Shown here: piece by piece, positions 30,001 to 45,000 of the stretch
Numbering within the stretch: the stretch's first letter is position 1
How the letters are laid out: every line of letters starts with the position of its first letter
From: Eledone cirrhosa
Taxonomy: Eukaryota
Direction: 5' to 3'
NCBI GenBank assembly: GCA_964016885.1
Contig: OZ024741.1
Coordinates: 361,522,001-361,586,000 of the forward strand
DNA: 64,000 nucleotides
Notes under the pieces: generated by a model
Told to the model about the DNA's origin: nothing
The model's input: the letters and a program-made list of their open reading frames with translations, nothing else
The model's database searches: none
Program-made: the position numbers and the translations under genes

Positions 30001-33000
30001 TTATTGTCATGGTGCTACATGGTTGTTTTGGTGTGAGATGGTTGCTATGGTGTTATATGGTTGTTCTGGTCTCAGATGGTTGTTATGGTGTTAGATGGTT
30101 GTTATGGTTTTAGACGGTTGTTATGGTGTTAGATGGTTGTTACAGTGTTAGATGGTTGTTATGGTGTTAGATGGTTGTCATGGTGTTTGATGGTTGTTAG
30201 AGTGTTAGATGGTTGTTACAGTGTTAGATGTTTGCTATGGTGTTATATGGTTGATATGGTGTTAGATGGTTGTTATGGTGTTATATGGTTGTTATGGTGT
30301 TAGATGGTTGTTATGGTGTTATATGGTTGTTATGGTGTTAGATGGTTGTTACAGTGTTAGATGGTTGTTATTGTGTTAAATGGTTGTTATGGTGTTATAT
30401 GGTTGTTACAATGTTAGATGGTCTTTATGGTGTTAGATGGTTGTTATGGTGTTAGATGGTTGTTACGGTGTTAGATGATTGTTATGGTGTTATATGGTTG
30501 TTACAGTGTTAGATGGTTGTTATGGTGTTAGATGTTTGTTATGGTGTTATATGGTTGTTATGGTGTTAGATGGTTGTTATGGTGTTAGATGGTTGTTACA
30601 GTGTTACATGGTTGTTATGGTGTTAGATGGTTGTTACAGTGTTAGACGGTTGTTATGGTATTAGATGGTTGTTACAGTGTTAGATGGTTGTTATGGTGTT
30701 ACATGGTTGTTATGGTGTTAGATGGTTGTTACAGTATTAGATGGTTGTTATGTTGTTAGATGGTTGTTATGTTGTTAGATGGTTGTTATGGTGTCAGATG
30801 GTTGTTACAGTGTCAGATGGTTGTTATCGTGTTAGATGGTTGTTATCATGTTAGATGGTTGTTATGGTGTTAGATGGTTGTTATGGTGTTAGATGGTTGT
30901 TATGGTGTTAGATGGTTGTTATGGTGTCAGATGGTTGCTATGGGGTTATATGGTTGTTATGGTGTTAGATGGTTGTTACAGTTTTAGATGGTTGTTATGG
31001 TGTTAGATGGTTGTTACAGTGCTAGATGGTTGCTATGGTGTTATATGGTTGTTATGGTGTCAGATGGTTGTTATGGTGTTAGATGGTTGTTATGGTTTTA
31101 GATGGTTGTTATGGTATTAGATGGTTGTTACAGTGTTAGATGTTTGCTATGGTGTTATATGGTTGATATGGTGTTAGATGGTTGTTATGGTGTTAGATGG
31201 TTGTTACGGTGTTAGATGGTTGTTATGGTGTTAGATGGTTGTTATGGTGTTAGATGGTTGTTATGCTGTTAGATGGTTGTTACAGTGTTAGATGGTTGTT
31301 AGCGTGTTAAATTGTTGTTACAGTGTTAGATGGTTGTTATGGTGTTAGATGGTTGTTACAGTGTTAGATGGTTGTTATGGTGTTACATGATTGTTGTGGT
31401 GTTAGATGGTTGTTTCAGTATTAGATGGTTGTTACAGTGTTAGATGGTTGTTATGGTGTTAGATGGTTGTTATGGTGTTAGATGGTTGTTACAGTATTAG
31501 ATGGTTGTTATGTTGTTAGATGGTTGTTATGGTGTTAGATGGTTGTTACAGTGTTAGATGGTTGTTATGGTGTTAGATGGTTGTTACAGTGTTAGATGGT
31601 TGTTATGGTGTTAGATGGTTGTTATGGTGTTATATGGTTGTTACAGTGTTAGATGGTTGTTATGGTTTTAGATGGTCGTTATGGTGTTAGATGGTTGTTA
31701 TGGTTTAGATGGTTATGCTGTTACATGGTTTTTATGGTGTTAGATGGTTGTTACAGTGTTAGATGGTTGCTATGTTGTATATGGTTGTTATGGTGTCACA
31801 TGGTTGTTACAGTGTTAGATGGTTGTTATGGTGTTAGATGGTTGTTACAATGTTAGATGGTCTTTATGGTGTTAGATGGTTGTTAGTGTTAGATGATTGT
31901 TATGGTGTTATATGGTTGTTACAGTGTTAGATGGTTGTTATGGTGTTAGATGGTTGTTATGGTGTTATATGGTTGTTACAGTGTTTGATGGTTGTTAGAC
32001 TGTTATATGGTTGTTATGGTGTTAGATGGTTGTTACAGTGTTAGATGGTTGTTATGGTGTTAGATGGTTGTTATGGTTTTAGATGGTTGTTACAGTGTTA
32101 GATGGTTGTTATGGTTTTAGATGGTTGTTATGGGGTTAGATGGTTCTTACAGTGTTAGATGGTTGTTATGGTTTTAGATGCTTGTTATGGTGTTATATGG
32201 TTGTCATGGTGTCACATTATTGTCATGGTGCTACATGGTTGTTTTGGTGTGAGATGGTTGCTATGGTGTTATATGGTTGTTCTGGTCTCAGATGGTTGTT
32301 ATGGTGTTAGATGGTTGTTATGGTTTTAGACGGTTGTTATGGTGTTAGATGGTTGTTACAGTGTTAGATGGTTGTTATGGTGTTAGATGGTTGTCATGGT
32401 GTTTGATGGTTGTTAGAGTGTTAGATGGTTGTTACAGTGTTAGATGTTTGCTATGGTGTTATATGGTTGATATGGTGTTAGATGGTTGTTATGGTGTTAT
32501 ATGGTTGTTATGGTGTTAGATGGTTGTTATGGTGTTATATGGTTGTTATGGTGTTAGATGGTTGTTACAGTGTTAGATGGTTGTTATTGTGTTAAATGGT
32601 TGTTATGGTGTTATATGGTTGTTACAATGTTAGATGGTCTTTATGGTGTTAGATGGTTGTTATGGTGTTAGATGGTTGTTACGGTGTTAGATGATTGTTA
32701 TGCTGTTATATGGTTGTTACAGTGTTAGATGGTTGTTATGGTGTTAGATGTTTGTTATGGTGTTATATGGTTGTTATGGTGTTAGATGGTTGTTATGGTG
32801 TTAGATGGTTGTTACAGTGTTACATGGTTGTTATGGTGTTAGATGGTTGTTACAGTGTTAGACGGTTGTTATGGTATTAGATGGTTGTTACAGTGTTAGA
32901 TGGTTGTTATGGTGTTACATGGTTGTTATGGTGTTAGATGGTTGTTACAGTATTAGATGGTTGTTATGTTGTTAGATGGTTGTTATGTTGTTAGATGGTT

Positions 33001-36000
33001 GTTATGGTGTCAGATGGTTGTTACAGTGTCAGATGGTTGTTATCGTGTTAGATGGTTGTTATCGTGTTAGATGGTTGTTATGGTGTTAGATGGTTGTTAT
33101 GGTGTTAGATGGTTGTTATGGTGTCAGATGGTTGCTATGGGGTTATATGGTTGTTATGGTGTTAGATGGTTGTTACAGTTTTAGATGGTTGTTATGGTGT
33201 TAGATGGTTGTTACAGTGCTAGATGGTTGTTACAGTGCTAGATGGTTGTTATGGTGTTAGATGGTTGTTATGGGGTTATATGGTTGTTAAGGTGTTAGAT
33301 GGTTGTTACAGTGTTAGATGGTGGTTACAGTGTCAGATGGTTGTTACAATGGTAGATGGATGTTACAGTGTTACATGGTTGTTATGGTGTTAGATGGTTT
33401 TTATGGTGTTAGATGGTTGTTACAGTGTTAGATGGTTGTTATGGTTTTAGATGGTTGTTACAGTGTTAGATGGTTGTTATGGTGTTACATGGTTATGGTG
33501 TTAGATGGTTGCTATGGTGTTATATGGTTGTTATGGTGTTAGATGGTTGTTACAGTGTTAGATGTTTGCTATGGTGTCATATGGTTGATAGGGTATTAGA
33601 TGGTTGTTATGGTGTTAGATGGTTGTTATGGTGTTAGATGGTTGTTATGGTGTTAGAATGGTTGTTATGGTTGTTAGGGTGTTAGATGGTTGTTATGGTG
33701 TTAGATGTTTGTTATGGTGTTATATGGTTGTTACAGTGTTAGATGGTTGTTAGACTGTTATATGGTTGTTATGGTGTTAGATGGTTGTTATGGTGCTAGA
33801 TGGTTGTTACAGTGTTAGATGGTTGTTATGGTTTTAGATGGTTGTTATGGTGTTAGATGGTTGTTACAGTGTTAGATGTTTGTTATGGCGTTAGATGGTT
33901 GTTATGTTTGTTATGGTGTTAAATTGTTGTTACAGTGTTAGATGGTTGTTATGGTGTTAGATGGTTGTTACAGTATTAGATGGTTGTTACAATGGTAGAT
34001 CGTTGTTACAGTGTTACATGGTTGTTACAGTGCTAGATGGTTGTTATGGTGTTAGATGGTTGTCATTGTGTTAGATGGTTGTTATGGTGTTATATGGTTG
34101 ATATGGTGTTAGATTGTTGCTAGAGTGTTATATGGTTGTTATGGTTTTAGATGGTTGTTATGGTGTTATATGGTTGTTATGGTGTCACATGGTTGTTATG
34201 GTGTTAGATGGTTGCTATGCTGTTATATGGTTGTTATGGTGTCACATGGTTGTTATGGTGTTACAGTGTTAGATGGTTGTTATGGTTTTAGATGGTTGTT
34301 ACAGTGTTAGATGGTTGTTATGGTGTTACATGGTTATGGTGTTAGATGGTTGCTATGGTGTTATATGGTTGTTATGGTGTCAGATGGTTGTTATGGTGTT
34401 AGATGGTTGTTATGGTGTTAGATGGTTGTTACAGTGTTAGATGTTTGCTATGGTGTCATATGGTTGATGGGGTATTAGATGGTTGTTATGGTGTTAGATG
34501 GTTGTTAAAGTGTTAGATGGTTGTTATGGTGTTAGATGGTTGTTATGGTGTTAGATGGTTGTTATGCTGTTAGATGGTTGTTACAGTGTTAGATGGTTGT
34601 TATGGTGTTAGATGCTTGTTATGGTGTTAGATGGTTATTATGATTGTTAGGATGTTAGATTGGTGTTATGGTGTTAGATGGTTATGGTGTTATATGGTTG
34701 TTACAGTGTTATATGGTTGTTATGGTGTTAGATGGTTGTTATGGTTTTAGATGGTTGTTATGGTGTTAGATGGTTGTTATGGTGTTAGATGGTTGTTATG
34801 GTGTTAGATGATTGTTATGGTGTTAGATGGTTGTTACAGTGTTAGATGGTTGTTATGGTGTTAGATTGTTGTTACAGTGTTACATGATTGTTATGGTGTT
34901 AGATGGTTGTTACAGTATTAGATGGTTGTTATGGTGTTAGATGGTTGCTATGGGGTTATATGGTTGTTATGATGTTAGATGGTTGTTACAGTTTTAGATG
35001 GTTGTTATGGTGTTAGATGGTCGTTATGGGGTTATATGGATGTTATGGTGTTACATGGTTGTTACAGTGTTAGATGGTTGTTATGGTGTTAGATGGTTGT
35101 TACGGTGTTAGATCGTTGTTACAGGGTTAGAAGGTTGTTACAGAGTTAGATGGTTGTTACAGTGTCAGATGGTTGTTATGGTGTTAGATGGTTGTTACAG
35201 TGTTAGATGGTTGTTATGGTGTCAGATTGTTGTTATGGTGTTACATGGTTTTTATGGTTTTAGAGTGTTATTATGGTGTTAGATGGTTGTTATGGTGTTA
35301 GATGGTTGTTACAGTGTTAGATGTTTGCTATGGTGTTATATGGTTGATAGGGTATTAGATGGTTGTTACGGTGTTAGATGGTTGTTACAGTGTTAGATGG
35401 TTGTTATGGTGTTAGATGGTTGTTATGCTGTTAGATGGTTGTTACAGTGTTAGATGTTTGTTATGGTGTTAGATGGTTGTTATGGTGTTATATGGTTTTT
35501 ACAGTGTTAGATGGTTGTTAGACTGTTATATGGTTGTTATGGTTTTAGATGGTTGTTATGCTTTTAGATGGTTGTTATCGTGTGAGATGGTTGTTATGGT
35601 GTTACATGGTTGTTATGGTGTTAGATGGTTGTTACAGTGTTAGATGGTTGTTATGCTGTTAGATGGTTGTTACAGTGTTAGATGGTTGTTATGGTGTTAG
35701 ATGGTTGTTCCAGTGTTAGATGGTTGTTACAGTGCTTTATGGTTGTTATGGTGTTAGATGGTTGTCATGGTGTTAGATGGTTGTTACAGTGTTAGATGTT
35801 TGCTATGGTGTTATATGGTTGATATGGTGTTAGATGGTTGTTACAGTGTTAGATGCTTGTTATGGTGTTAGATGGTTGTTATGGTGTTAGATGGTTGTTA
35901 CAGTGTTAGATGGTTGTTAGGGTGTTAGATGCTTGTTATGGTGTTAGATGGTTGTTATGGTGTTAGATGGTTGTTACAGTGTTAGATGGTTGTTAGGGTG

Positions 36001-39000
36001 TTAGATGGTTGTTATGGTGTTAGATGGTTGTTACAGTGTTAGATGGTTGTTAGGGTGTTAGATGGTTGTTACAGTGTTAGATGGTTGTTAGAGTGTTAGA
36101 TGGTTGTTATGGTGTTAGATGGTTGTTCCAGTGTTAGATGGTTGTTACAGTTCTAGATGGTTGTTATGGTGTTAGATGGTTGTCATGGTGTTAGATGGTT
36201 GTTACAGTGTTAGATGTTTGTTACAGTGTTAGATGTTTGCTATGGTGTTATATGGTTGATATGATGTTAGATGGTTGTTAGAGTGTTAGATGTTTGCTAT
36301 GCTGTTATATGGTTGATATGGTGTTAGATGGTTGTTACAGTGTTAGATGCTTGTTATGGTGTTAGATGGTTGTTATGGTGTTAGATGGTTGTTACAGTGT
36401 TAGATGGCTGTTAGGGTGTTAGATGCTTGTTATGGTGTTAGATGGTTGTTACAGTGTTAGATGGTTGTTAGGGTGTTAGATGGTTGTTATGGTGTTAGAT
36501 GGTTGTTACAGGGTTAGATGGTTGTTATGGTGTTAGATGGTTGCTATGGGGTTATATGGTTGTTATGGTGTTAGATGGTTGTTACAGTTTTAGATGGTTG
36601 TTATGGTGTTAGATGGTTGTTTCAGTGCTTGATGGTTGTTATGGGGTTATATGGTTGTTATGGTGTTAGATGGTTGTTACAGTGTTAGATTCTTGTTATG
36701 GTGTTAGATGGTTTTTACAATGGTAGATGGTTGTTACAGTGTTAGATGGTTGTTACAGTGTCAGATGGTTGTTATGCTGTTAGATGGTTGTTACAGTGCT
36801 AGATGGTTGTTATGGGGTTATATGGTTGTTATGGTGTTAGATGGTTGTTACAGTGTTAGATTCTTGTTATGGTGTTAGATGGTTTTTACAATGGTAGATG
36901 GTTGTTACAGTGTTAGATGGTTGTTACAGTGTCAGATGGTTGTTATGCTGTTAGATGGTTGTTACAGTGTTACATGGTTGTTATGGTTTTAGATGGTTGT
37001 TACAGTGTTAGATGGTTGTTATGGTGTTACATGGTTATGGTGTTAGATGGTTGCTATGGTGTTATATGGTTGTTATGGTGTCAGATGGTTGTTATGGTGT
37101 TAGATGGTTGTTATGGTGTTAGATGTTTGCTATGGTGTTATATGGTTGATAGGGTATTAGATGGTTGTTATGGTGTTAGATGGTTGTTATGGTGTTAGAT
37201 GTTTGTTATGCTGTTAGCTGGTTGTTATGTTTGTTAGGGTGTTAGATTGTTGTTATGGTGTTAAATTGTTGTTACAGTGTTAGATGGTTGTTATGGTGTT
37301 AGATGGTTGTTACAGTATTAGATGGGTGTTACAATGGTAGATGGTTGTTACAGTGTTACATGGTTGTTACAGTGCTAGATGGTTGTTATGGTGTTAGATG
37401 GTTGTCATGGTGTTAGATGGTTGTTGCAGTGTTAGATGTTTGCTATGGTGTTATATGGTTGATATGGTGTTAGATTGTTGCTAGAGTGTTATATGGTTGT
37501 TATGGTTTTAGATGGTTGTTATGGTGTTATATGGTTGTTATGGTGTCACATGGTTGTTATGGTGTTAGATGGTTGCTATGCTGTTATATGGTTGTTATGG
37601 TGTCACATGGTTGTTATGGTGTTACAGTGTTAGATGGTTGTTACAGTGTTAGATGGTTGTTATGGTGTTACATGGTTATGGTGTTAGATGGTTGCTATGG
37701 TGTTATATGGTTGTTATGGTGTCAGATGGTTGTTATGGTGTTAGATGGTTGTTATAGTGTTAGATGGTTGTTACAGTGTTAGATGGTTGTTAGGGTGTTA
37801 GATGCTTGTTATGGTGTTAGATGGTTGTTACAGTGTTAGATGGTTGTTAGGGTGATAGATGCTTGTTATGGTGTTAGATGGTTGTTACAGTGTTAGATGG
37901 TTGTTAGAGTGTTAGATGGTTGTTATGGTGTTAGATGGTTGTTCCAGTGTTAGATGGTTGTTACAGTTCTAGATGGTTGTTATGGTGTTAGATGGTTGTC
38001 ATGGTGTTAGATGGTTGTTACAGTGTTAGATGTTTGTTACAGTGTTAGATGTTTGCTATGGTGTTATATGGTTGATATGATGTTAGATGGTTGTTAGAGT
38101 GTTAGATGTTTGCTATGCTGTTATATGGTTGATATGGTGTTAGATGGTTGTTACAGTGTTAGATGCTTGTTATGGTGTTAGATGGTTGTTATGGTGTTAG
38201 ATGGTTGTTACAGTGTTAGATGGTTGTTAGGGTGTTAGATGCTTGTTATGGTGTTAGATGGTTGTTACAGTGTTAGATGGTTGTTAGGGTGTTAGATGGT
38301 TGTTATGGTGTTAGATGGTTGTTACAGGGTTAGATGGTTGTTATGGTGTTAGATGGTTGCTATGGGGTTATATGGTTGTTATGGTGTTAGATGGTTGTTA
38401 CAGTTTTAGATGGTTGTTATGGTGTTAGATGGTTGTTTCAGTGCTAGATGGTTGTTACAGTGCTAGATGGTTGTTATGGTGTTAGATGGTTGTTATGGGG
38501 TTATATGGTTGTTATGGTGTTAGATGGTTGTTACAGTGTTAGATTCTTGTTATGGTGTTAGATGGTTTTTACAATGGTAGATGGTTGTTACAGTGTTAGA
38601 TGGTTGTTACAGTGTCAGATGGTTGTTATGCTGTTAGATGGTTGTTACAGTGTTACATGGTTGTTATGGTTTTAGATGGTTGTTACAGTGTTAGATGGTT
38701 GTTATGGTGTTACATGGTTATGGTGTTAGATGGTTGCTATGGTGTTATATGGTTGTTATGGTGTCAGATGGTTGTTATGGTGTTAGATGGTTGTTATGGT
38801 GTTAGATGGTTGTTACAGTGTTAGATGTTTGCTATGGTGTTATATGGTTGATAGGGTATTAGATGGTTGTTATGGTGTTAGATGGTTGTTATGGTGTTAG
38901 ATGTTTGTTATGCTGTTAGATGGTTGTTACAGTGTTAGATGTTTGTTATGGCGTTAGATGGTTGTTATGTTTGTTAGGGTGTTAGATGGTTGTTATGGTG

Positions 39001-42000
39001 TTAAATTGTTGTTACAGTGTTAGATGGTTGTTATGGTGTTAGATGGTTGTTACAGTATTAGATGGTTGTTACAATGGTAGATGGTTGTTACAGTGTTACA
39101 TGGTTGTTACAGTGCTAGATGGTTGCTAGAGTGTTATATGGTTGTTATGGTGTTAGATGGTTGCTATGCTGTTATATGGTTGTTATGGTGTCACATGGTT
39201 GTTATGGTGTTACAGTGTTAGATGGTTGTTATGGTTTTAGATGGTTGTTACAGTGTTAGGTGGTTGTTATGGTGTTAGATGGTTGCTATGGTGTTATATG
39301 GTTGTTATGGTGTCAGATGGTTGTTATGGTGTTAGATGGTTGTTATGGTGTTAGATGTTTGCTATGGTGTCATATGGTTGATGGGGTATTAGATGGTTGT
39401 TATGGTGTTAGATGGTTGTTAAAGTGTTAGATGGTTGTTATGGTGTTAGATGGTTGTTATGCTGTTAGATGGTTGTTACAGTGTTAGATGGTTGTTATGG
39501 TGTTAGATGCTTGTTATGGTGTTAGATGGTTATTATGGTTGTTAGGATGTTAGATTGGTGTTATGGTGTTAGATGGTTATGGTGTTATATGGTTGTTACA
39601 GTGTTATATGGTTGTTATGGTGTTAGATGGTTGTTATGGTTTTAGATGGTTGTTACAGTGTTAGATGGTTGTTAGGGTGTTAGATGCTTGTTATGGTGTT
39701 AGATGGTTGTTACAGTGTTAGATGGTTGTTAGGGTGTTAGATGGTTGTTATGGTGTTAGATGGTTGTTACAGTGTTAGATGGTTGTTATTGTGTTAGATG
39801 GTTGTTATGGTGTTATATGGTTGTTACAATGTTAGATGGTCTTTATGGTGTTAGATGGTTGTTACAGTGTTAGATGGTTGTTATGGTGTTCGATGGTTGT
39901 TACAGTGTTAGATGGTTCTTATGGTGTTAGATGGTTGTGACAGTGTTAGATGGTTGTTATGGTTTTAAATGGTTGTTATGATGTTAGATGGTTGTTATGG
40001 TGTTAAATGGTTGTTATGTTGTTAGATGGTTGTTACAGTGTTAGATGGTTCTTATGGTGTTAGATGGTTGTGACAGTGTTAGATGGTTGTTATGGTGTTA
40101 GATGGTTGTTCCAGTGTTAGATGGTTGTTACAGTTCTAGATGGTTGTTATGGTGTTAGATGGTTGTCATGGTGTTAGATGGTTGTTACAGTGTTAGATGT
40201 TTGTTACAGTGTTAGATGTTTGCTATGGTGTTATATGGTTGATATGATGTTAGATGGTTGTTAGAGTGTTAGATGTTTGCTATGCTGTTATATGGTTGAT
40301 ATGGTGTTAGATGGTTGTTACAGTGTTACATGGTTGTTATGGTGTTAGATGGTTGTTACAGCGTTAGATGGTTGTTATGTTGTTAAATTGTTGTTACAGT
40401 GTTAGATGGTTGTTATGGTGTTAGATGGTTGTTACAGTATTAGATTGTTGTTATGGTGTTAGATGGTTGTTATGGTGTTAGATGGTTGTTACAGTTTTAG
40501 ATGGTGGTTATGGTGTTAGATGGTTGTTACAGTGTTAGATGGTTGTTATGGGGTTATATGGTTGTTACAGGGTTAGATGGTTGTTATGGTGTTATATGGT
40601 TGTTACAGTTTTAGATGGTGGTTATGGTGTTAGATGGTTGTTACAGTGTTAGATGGTTGTTACAGTGTTAGATGGTTGTTATGGTGTTAGATGGTTGTTA
40701 TGGTGTTAGATGGTTCTTACAGTGTTAGATGGTTGTTATGGTGTTATATGGTTGTCATGGAGTCACATTGTTGTCATGGTGTTACATGGTTGTTTTGGTG
40801 TGAGATGGTTGCTATGGTGTTAGATGGTTGTTATGGTGTCAGATGGTTTTTATGGTGTTAGATGGTTGTTATGGTGTTAGATGGTTGTTTCAGTGTTAGA
40901 TGGTTGTTACAGTGCTAGATGGTTGTTATGGTGTTAGATGGTTGTCATGGTGTTAGATGGTTGTTACAGTGTTAGATGTTTGCTATGGTGTTATATGGTT
41001 GATATGGTGTTAGAAGGTTGTTAGAGTGTTAGATGTTTGCTATGCTGTTATATGGTTGATATGGTGTTAAATGGTTGTTACAGTGTTAGATGATTGTTAT
41101 GGTGTTATATGGTTGTTACAGTGTTAGATGGTTGTTAGACTGTTATATGTTTGTTATGGTGTTAGATGGTTGTTATGGTGTTAGATGGTTGTTATGGTGT
41201 TATATGGTTGTTATGGTGTTAGATGGTTGTTACAGTGTTAGATGTTTGCTATGCTGTTATATGGTTGATATGGTGTTAGATGGTTGTTACAGTGTTAGAT
41301 GCTTGTTATGGTGTTAGATGGTTGTTACAGTGTTAGATGGTTGTTATGGTGTTAGATGATGGTTATGGTGTTAGATGGTTGTTACAGTGTTAGATGGTTG
41401 TTAGGGTGTTAGATGGTTGTTATGGTGTTAGATGGTTGTTAGAGTGTTAGATGTTTGCTATGCTGTTATATGGTTGATATGGTGTTAGATGGTTGTTACA
41501 GTGTTAGATGGACTTGATGGTGTTAAATGGTTGTTACAGTGTTAGATGATTGTTACAGTGTTAGATGGTTGTTATGGTGTTAGATGATGGTTATGGTGTT
41601 AGATGGTTGTTACAGTGTTAGATGGTTGTTAGGGTGTTAGATGGTTGTTATGGTGTTAGATGGTTGTTTGAGTGTTAGATGTTTGCTATGCTGTTATATG
41701 GTTGATATGGTGTTAGATGGTTGTTACAGTGTTAGATGCTTGTTATGGTGTTAGATGGTTGTTATGGTGTTAGATGGTTGTTACAGTGTTAGATGGTTGT
41801 TAGGGTGTTAGATGCTTGTTAGGGTGTTAGATGCTTGTTATGGTGTTAGATAGTTGTTACAGTGTTAGATGGTTGTTAGGGTGTTAGATGGTTGTTACAG
41901 TGTTAGATGGTTGTTATTGTGTTAGATGGTTGTTATGGTGTTATATGGTTGTTACAGTGTTAGATGGTTGTTATGGTGTTAGATGGTTGTTACAGTGTTA

Positions 42001-45000
42001 GATGGTTCTTATGGTGTTAGATGGTTGTGACAGTGTTAGATGGTTGTTATGATGTTAGATGGTTGTTATGGTGTTAGATGGTTGTTACAGTGTTAGATGG
42101 TTGTTATGGTATTAGATGGTTGTTACAGTGTTAGATGGTTGTTACAGTGTTACATGATTGTTACAGTATTAGATGGTTGTTATGGTGTTAGATGGTTGTT
42201 ACAGTGTTAGATGGTTGTTATGGTATTAGATGGTTGTTACAGTGTTATATGGTTGTTATGGTGTTAGATGGTTGTTACGGTGTTACATGGTTGTTATGGT
42301 GTTAGATGGTTGTTATGGTGTTAGATGGTTGTTACAGTGTTAGATGGTTGTTATGTTGTTAAATTGTTGTTACAGTGTTAGATGGTTGTTATGGTGTTAG
42401 ATGGTTGTTACAGTATTAGATGGTTGTTATGGTGTTAGATGGTTGTTATGGTGTTAGATGGTTGTTACAGTTTTAGATGGTGGTTATGGTGTTAGATGGT
42501 TGTTACAGTGTTATATGGTTGTTATGGTGTTAGATTGTTGTTATGGTGTTAGATGGTTACCGTGTTAGATGGTTGTTACAGTGTTAGATGGTTGTTATGG
42601 TGTTAGATGGTTGTTATGGTGTTAGATGGTTGTTATGGTGTTAGATGGTTCTTACAGTGTTAGATGGTTGTTATGGTTTTAGATGCTTGTTATGGTGTTA
42701 TATGGTTGTCATGGAGTCACATTGTTGTCATGGTGTTACATGGTTGTTTTGGTGTGAGATGGTTGCTATGGTGTTAGATGGTTGTTATGGTGTCAGATGG
42801 TTTTTATGGTGTTAGATGGTTGTTATGGTGTTAGATGGTTGTTTCAGTGTTAGATGGTTGTTACAGTGCTAGATGGTTGTTATGGTGTTAGATGGTTGTC
42901 ATGGTGTTAGATGGTTGTTACAGTGTTAGATGTTTGCTATGGTGTTATATGGTTGATATGGTGTTATATGGTTGTTACAATGTTAGATGGACTTGATGGT
43001 GTTATATGGTTGTTACAATGTTAGATGGACTTGATGGTGTTAAATGGTTGTTACAGTGTTAGATGTTTGCTATGGTGTTAGATGATTGTTATGGTGTTAG
43101 ATGGTTGTTACAGTGTTAGATGGTTGTTATGGTTGTAGATGGTTGTTATGGTGTTAGATGGTTGTTATGGTGTTAAATGGTTGTTATGTTGTTAGATGGT
43201 TGTTACAGTGTTAGATGGTTCTTATGGTGTTAGATGGTTGTGACAGTGTTAGATGGTTGTTATGGTGTTAGATGGTTGTTATGGTGTTAGATGGTTGTTA
43301 TGGTGTTAGATGGTTGTTACAGTGTTACATGATTGTTACAGTATTAGATGGTTGTTATGGTGTTAGATGGTTGTTACAATGGTAGATGGTTGTTATGGTA
43401 TTAGATGGTTGTTACAGTGTTATATGGTTGTTATGGTGTTAGATGGTTGTTACAATGGTAGATGGTTGTTATGGTATTAGATGGTTGTTACAGTATTAGA
43501 TGGTGTTAGATGGTTGTTACAGTGTTAGATGGTTGTTATGGTGTTAGATGGTTGTTACAGTGTTACATGGTTGTTATGGTGTTAGATGGTTGTTATGGTG
43601 TTAGATGGTTGTTACAGCGTTAGATGGTTGTTATGTTGTTAAATTGTTGTTACAGTGTTAGATGGTTGTTATGGTGTTAGATGGTTGTTACAGTATTAGA
43701 TTGTTGTTATGGTGTTAGATGGTTGTTACAGTTTTAGATGGTGGTTATGGTGTTTGATGGTTGTTATGGTGTTAGATGGTTGTTACAGTGTTAGATGGTT
43801 GTTATGGGGTTATATGGTTGTTACAGGGTTAGATGGTTGTTATGGTGTTATATGGTTGTTACAGTTTTAGATGGTGGTTATGGTGTTAGATGGTTGTTAC
43901 AGTGTTAGATGGTTGTTATGGTGTTAGATGGTTGTTATGGTGTTAGATGGTTCTTACAGTGTTAGATGGTTGTTATGGTTTTAGATGCTTGTTATGGTGT
44001 TATATGGTTGTCATGGAGTCACATTGTTGTCATGGTGTTACATGGTTGTTTTGGTGTGAGATGGTTGCTATGGTGTTAGATGGTTGTTATGGTGTCAGAT
44101 GGTTTTTATGGTGTTAGATGGTTGTTATGGTGTTAGATGGTTGTTTCAGTGTTAGATGGTTGTTACAGTGCTAGATGGTTGTTATGGTGTTAGATGGTTG
44201 TCATGGTGTTAGATGGTTGTTACAGTGTTAGATGTTTGCTATGGTGTTATATGGTTGATATGGTGTTAGATGGTTGTTACAATGTTAGATGGACTTGATG
44301 GTGTTAAATGGTTGTTACAGTGTTAGATGGTTGTTAGACTGTTATATGGTTGTTATGGTGTTAGATGGTTGTTATGGTGTTAGATGGTTGTTATGGTGTT
44401 AGATGGTTGTTACAGTGTTAGATGGTTGTTATGGTGTTATATGGTTGTTATGGTGTTAGATGGTTGTTACAGTGTTAGATGGTTTTTATGGTGTTAGATG
44501 GTTGTTATGGTGTTAGATGGTTGTTACAGTGTTACATGATTGTTATGGTGTTAGATGGTTGTTACAGTGTTAGGTGGTTGTTATGGTATTAGATGGTTGT
44601 TACAGTGTTAGATGGTTGTTATAGTGTTACATGATTGTTATGGTGTTAGATGGTTGTTACAGGGTTAGATGGTTGTTACATTGCTACATGGTTGCTATGG
44701 TGTTAGATGGTTGTCATGGTGTTAGATGGTTGTTACAGTGTTAGATGTTTGCTATGGTGTTATATGGTTGATATGATGTTAGATGGTTGTTAGAGTGTTA
44801 TATGGTTGTTATGGTTTTAGATGGTTGTTATGGTGTTATATGGTTGTTATGGTGTCACATGGTTGTTATGGTGTTAGATGGTTGCTATGGTGTTATATGG
44901 TTGTTATGGTGTCACATGGTTGTTATTGTGTTAGATGTTTGTTTTGGTGTTTGATGGTTTTTACAGTGTTAGCTGGTTGTTACAGTGTTAAATGTTTGCT

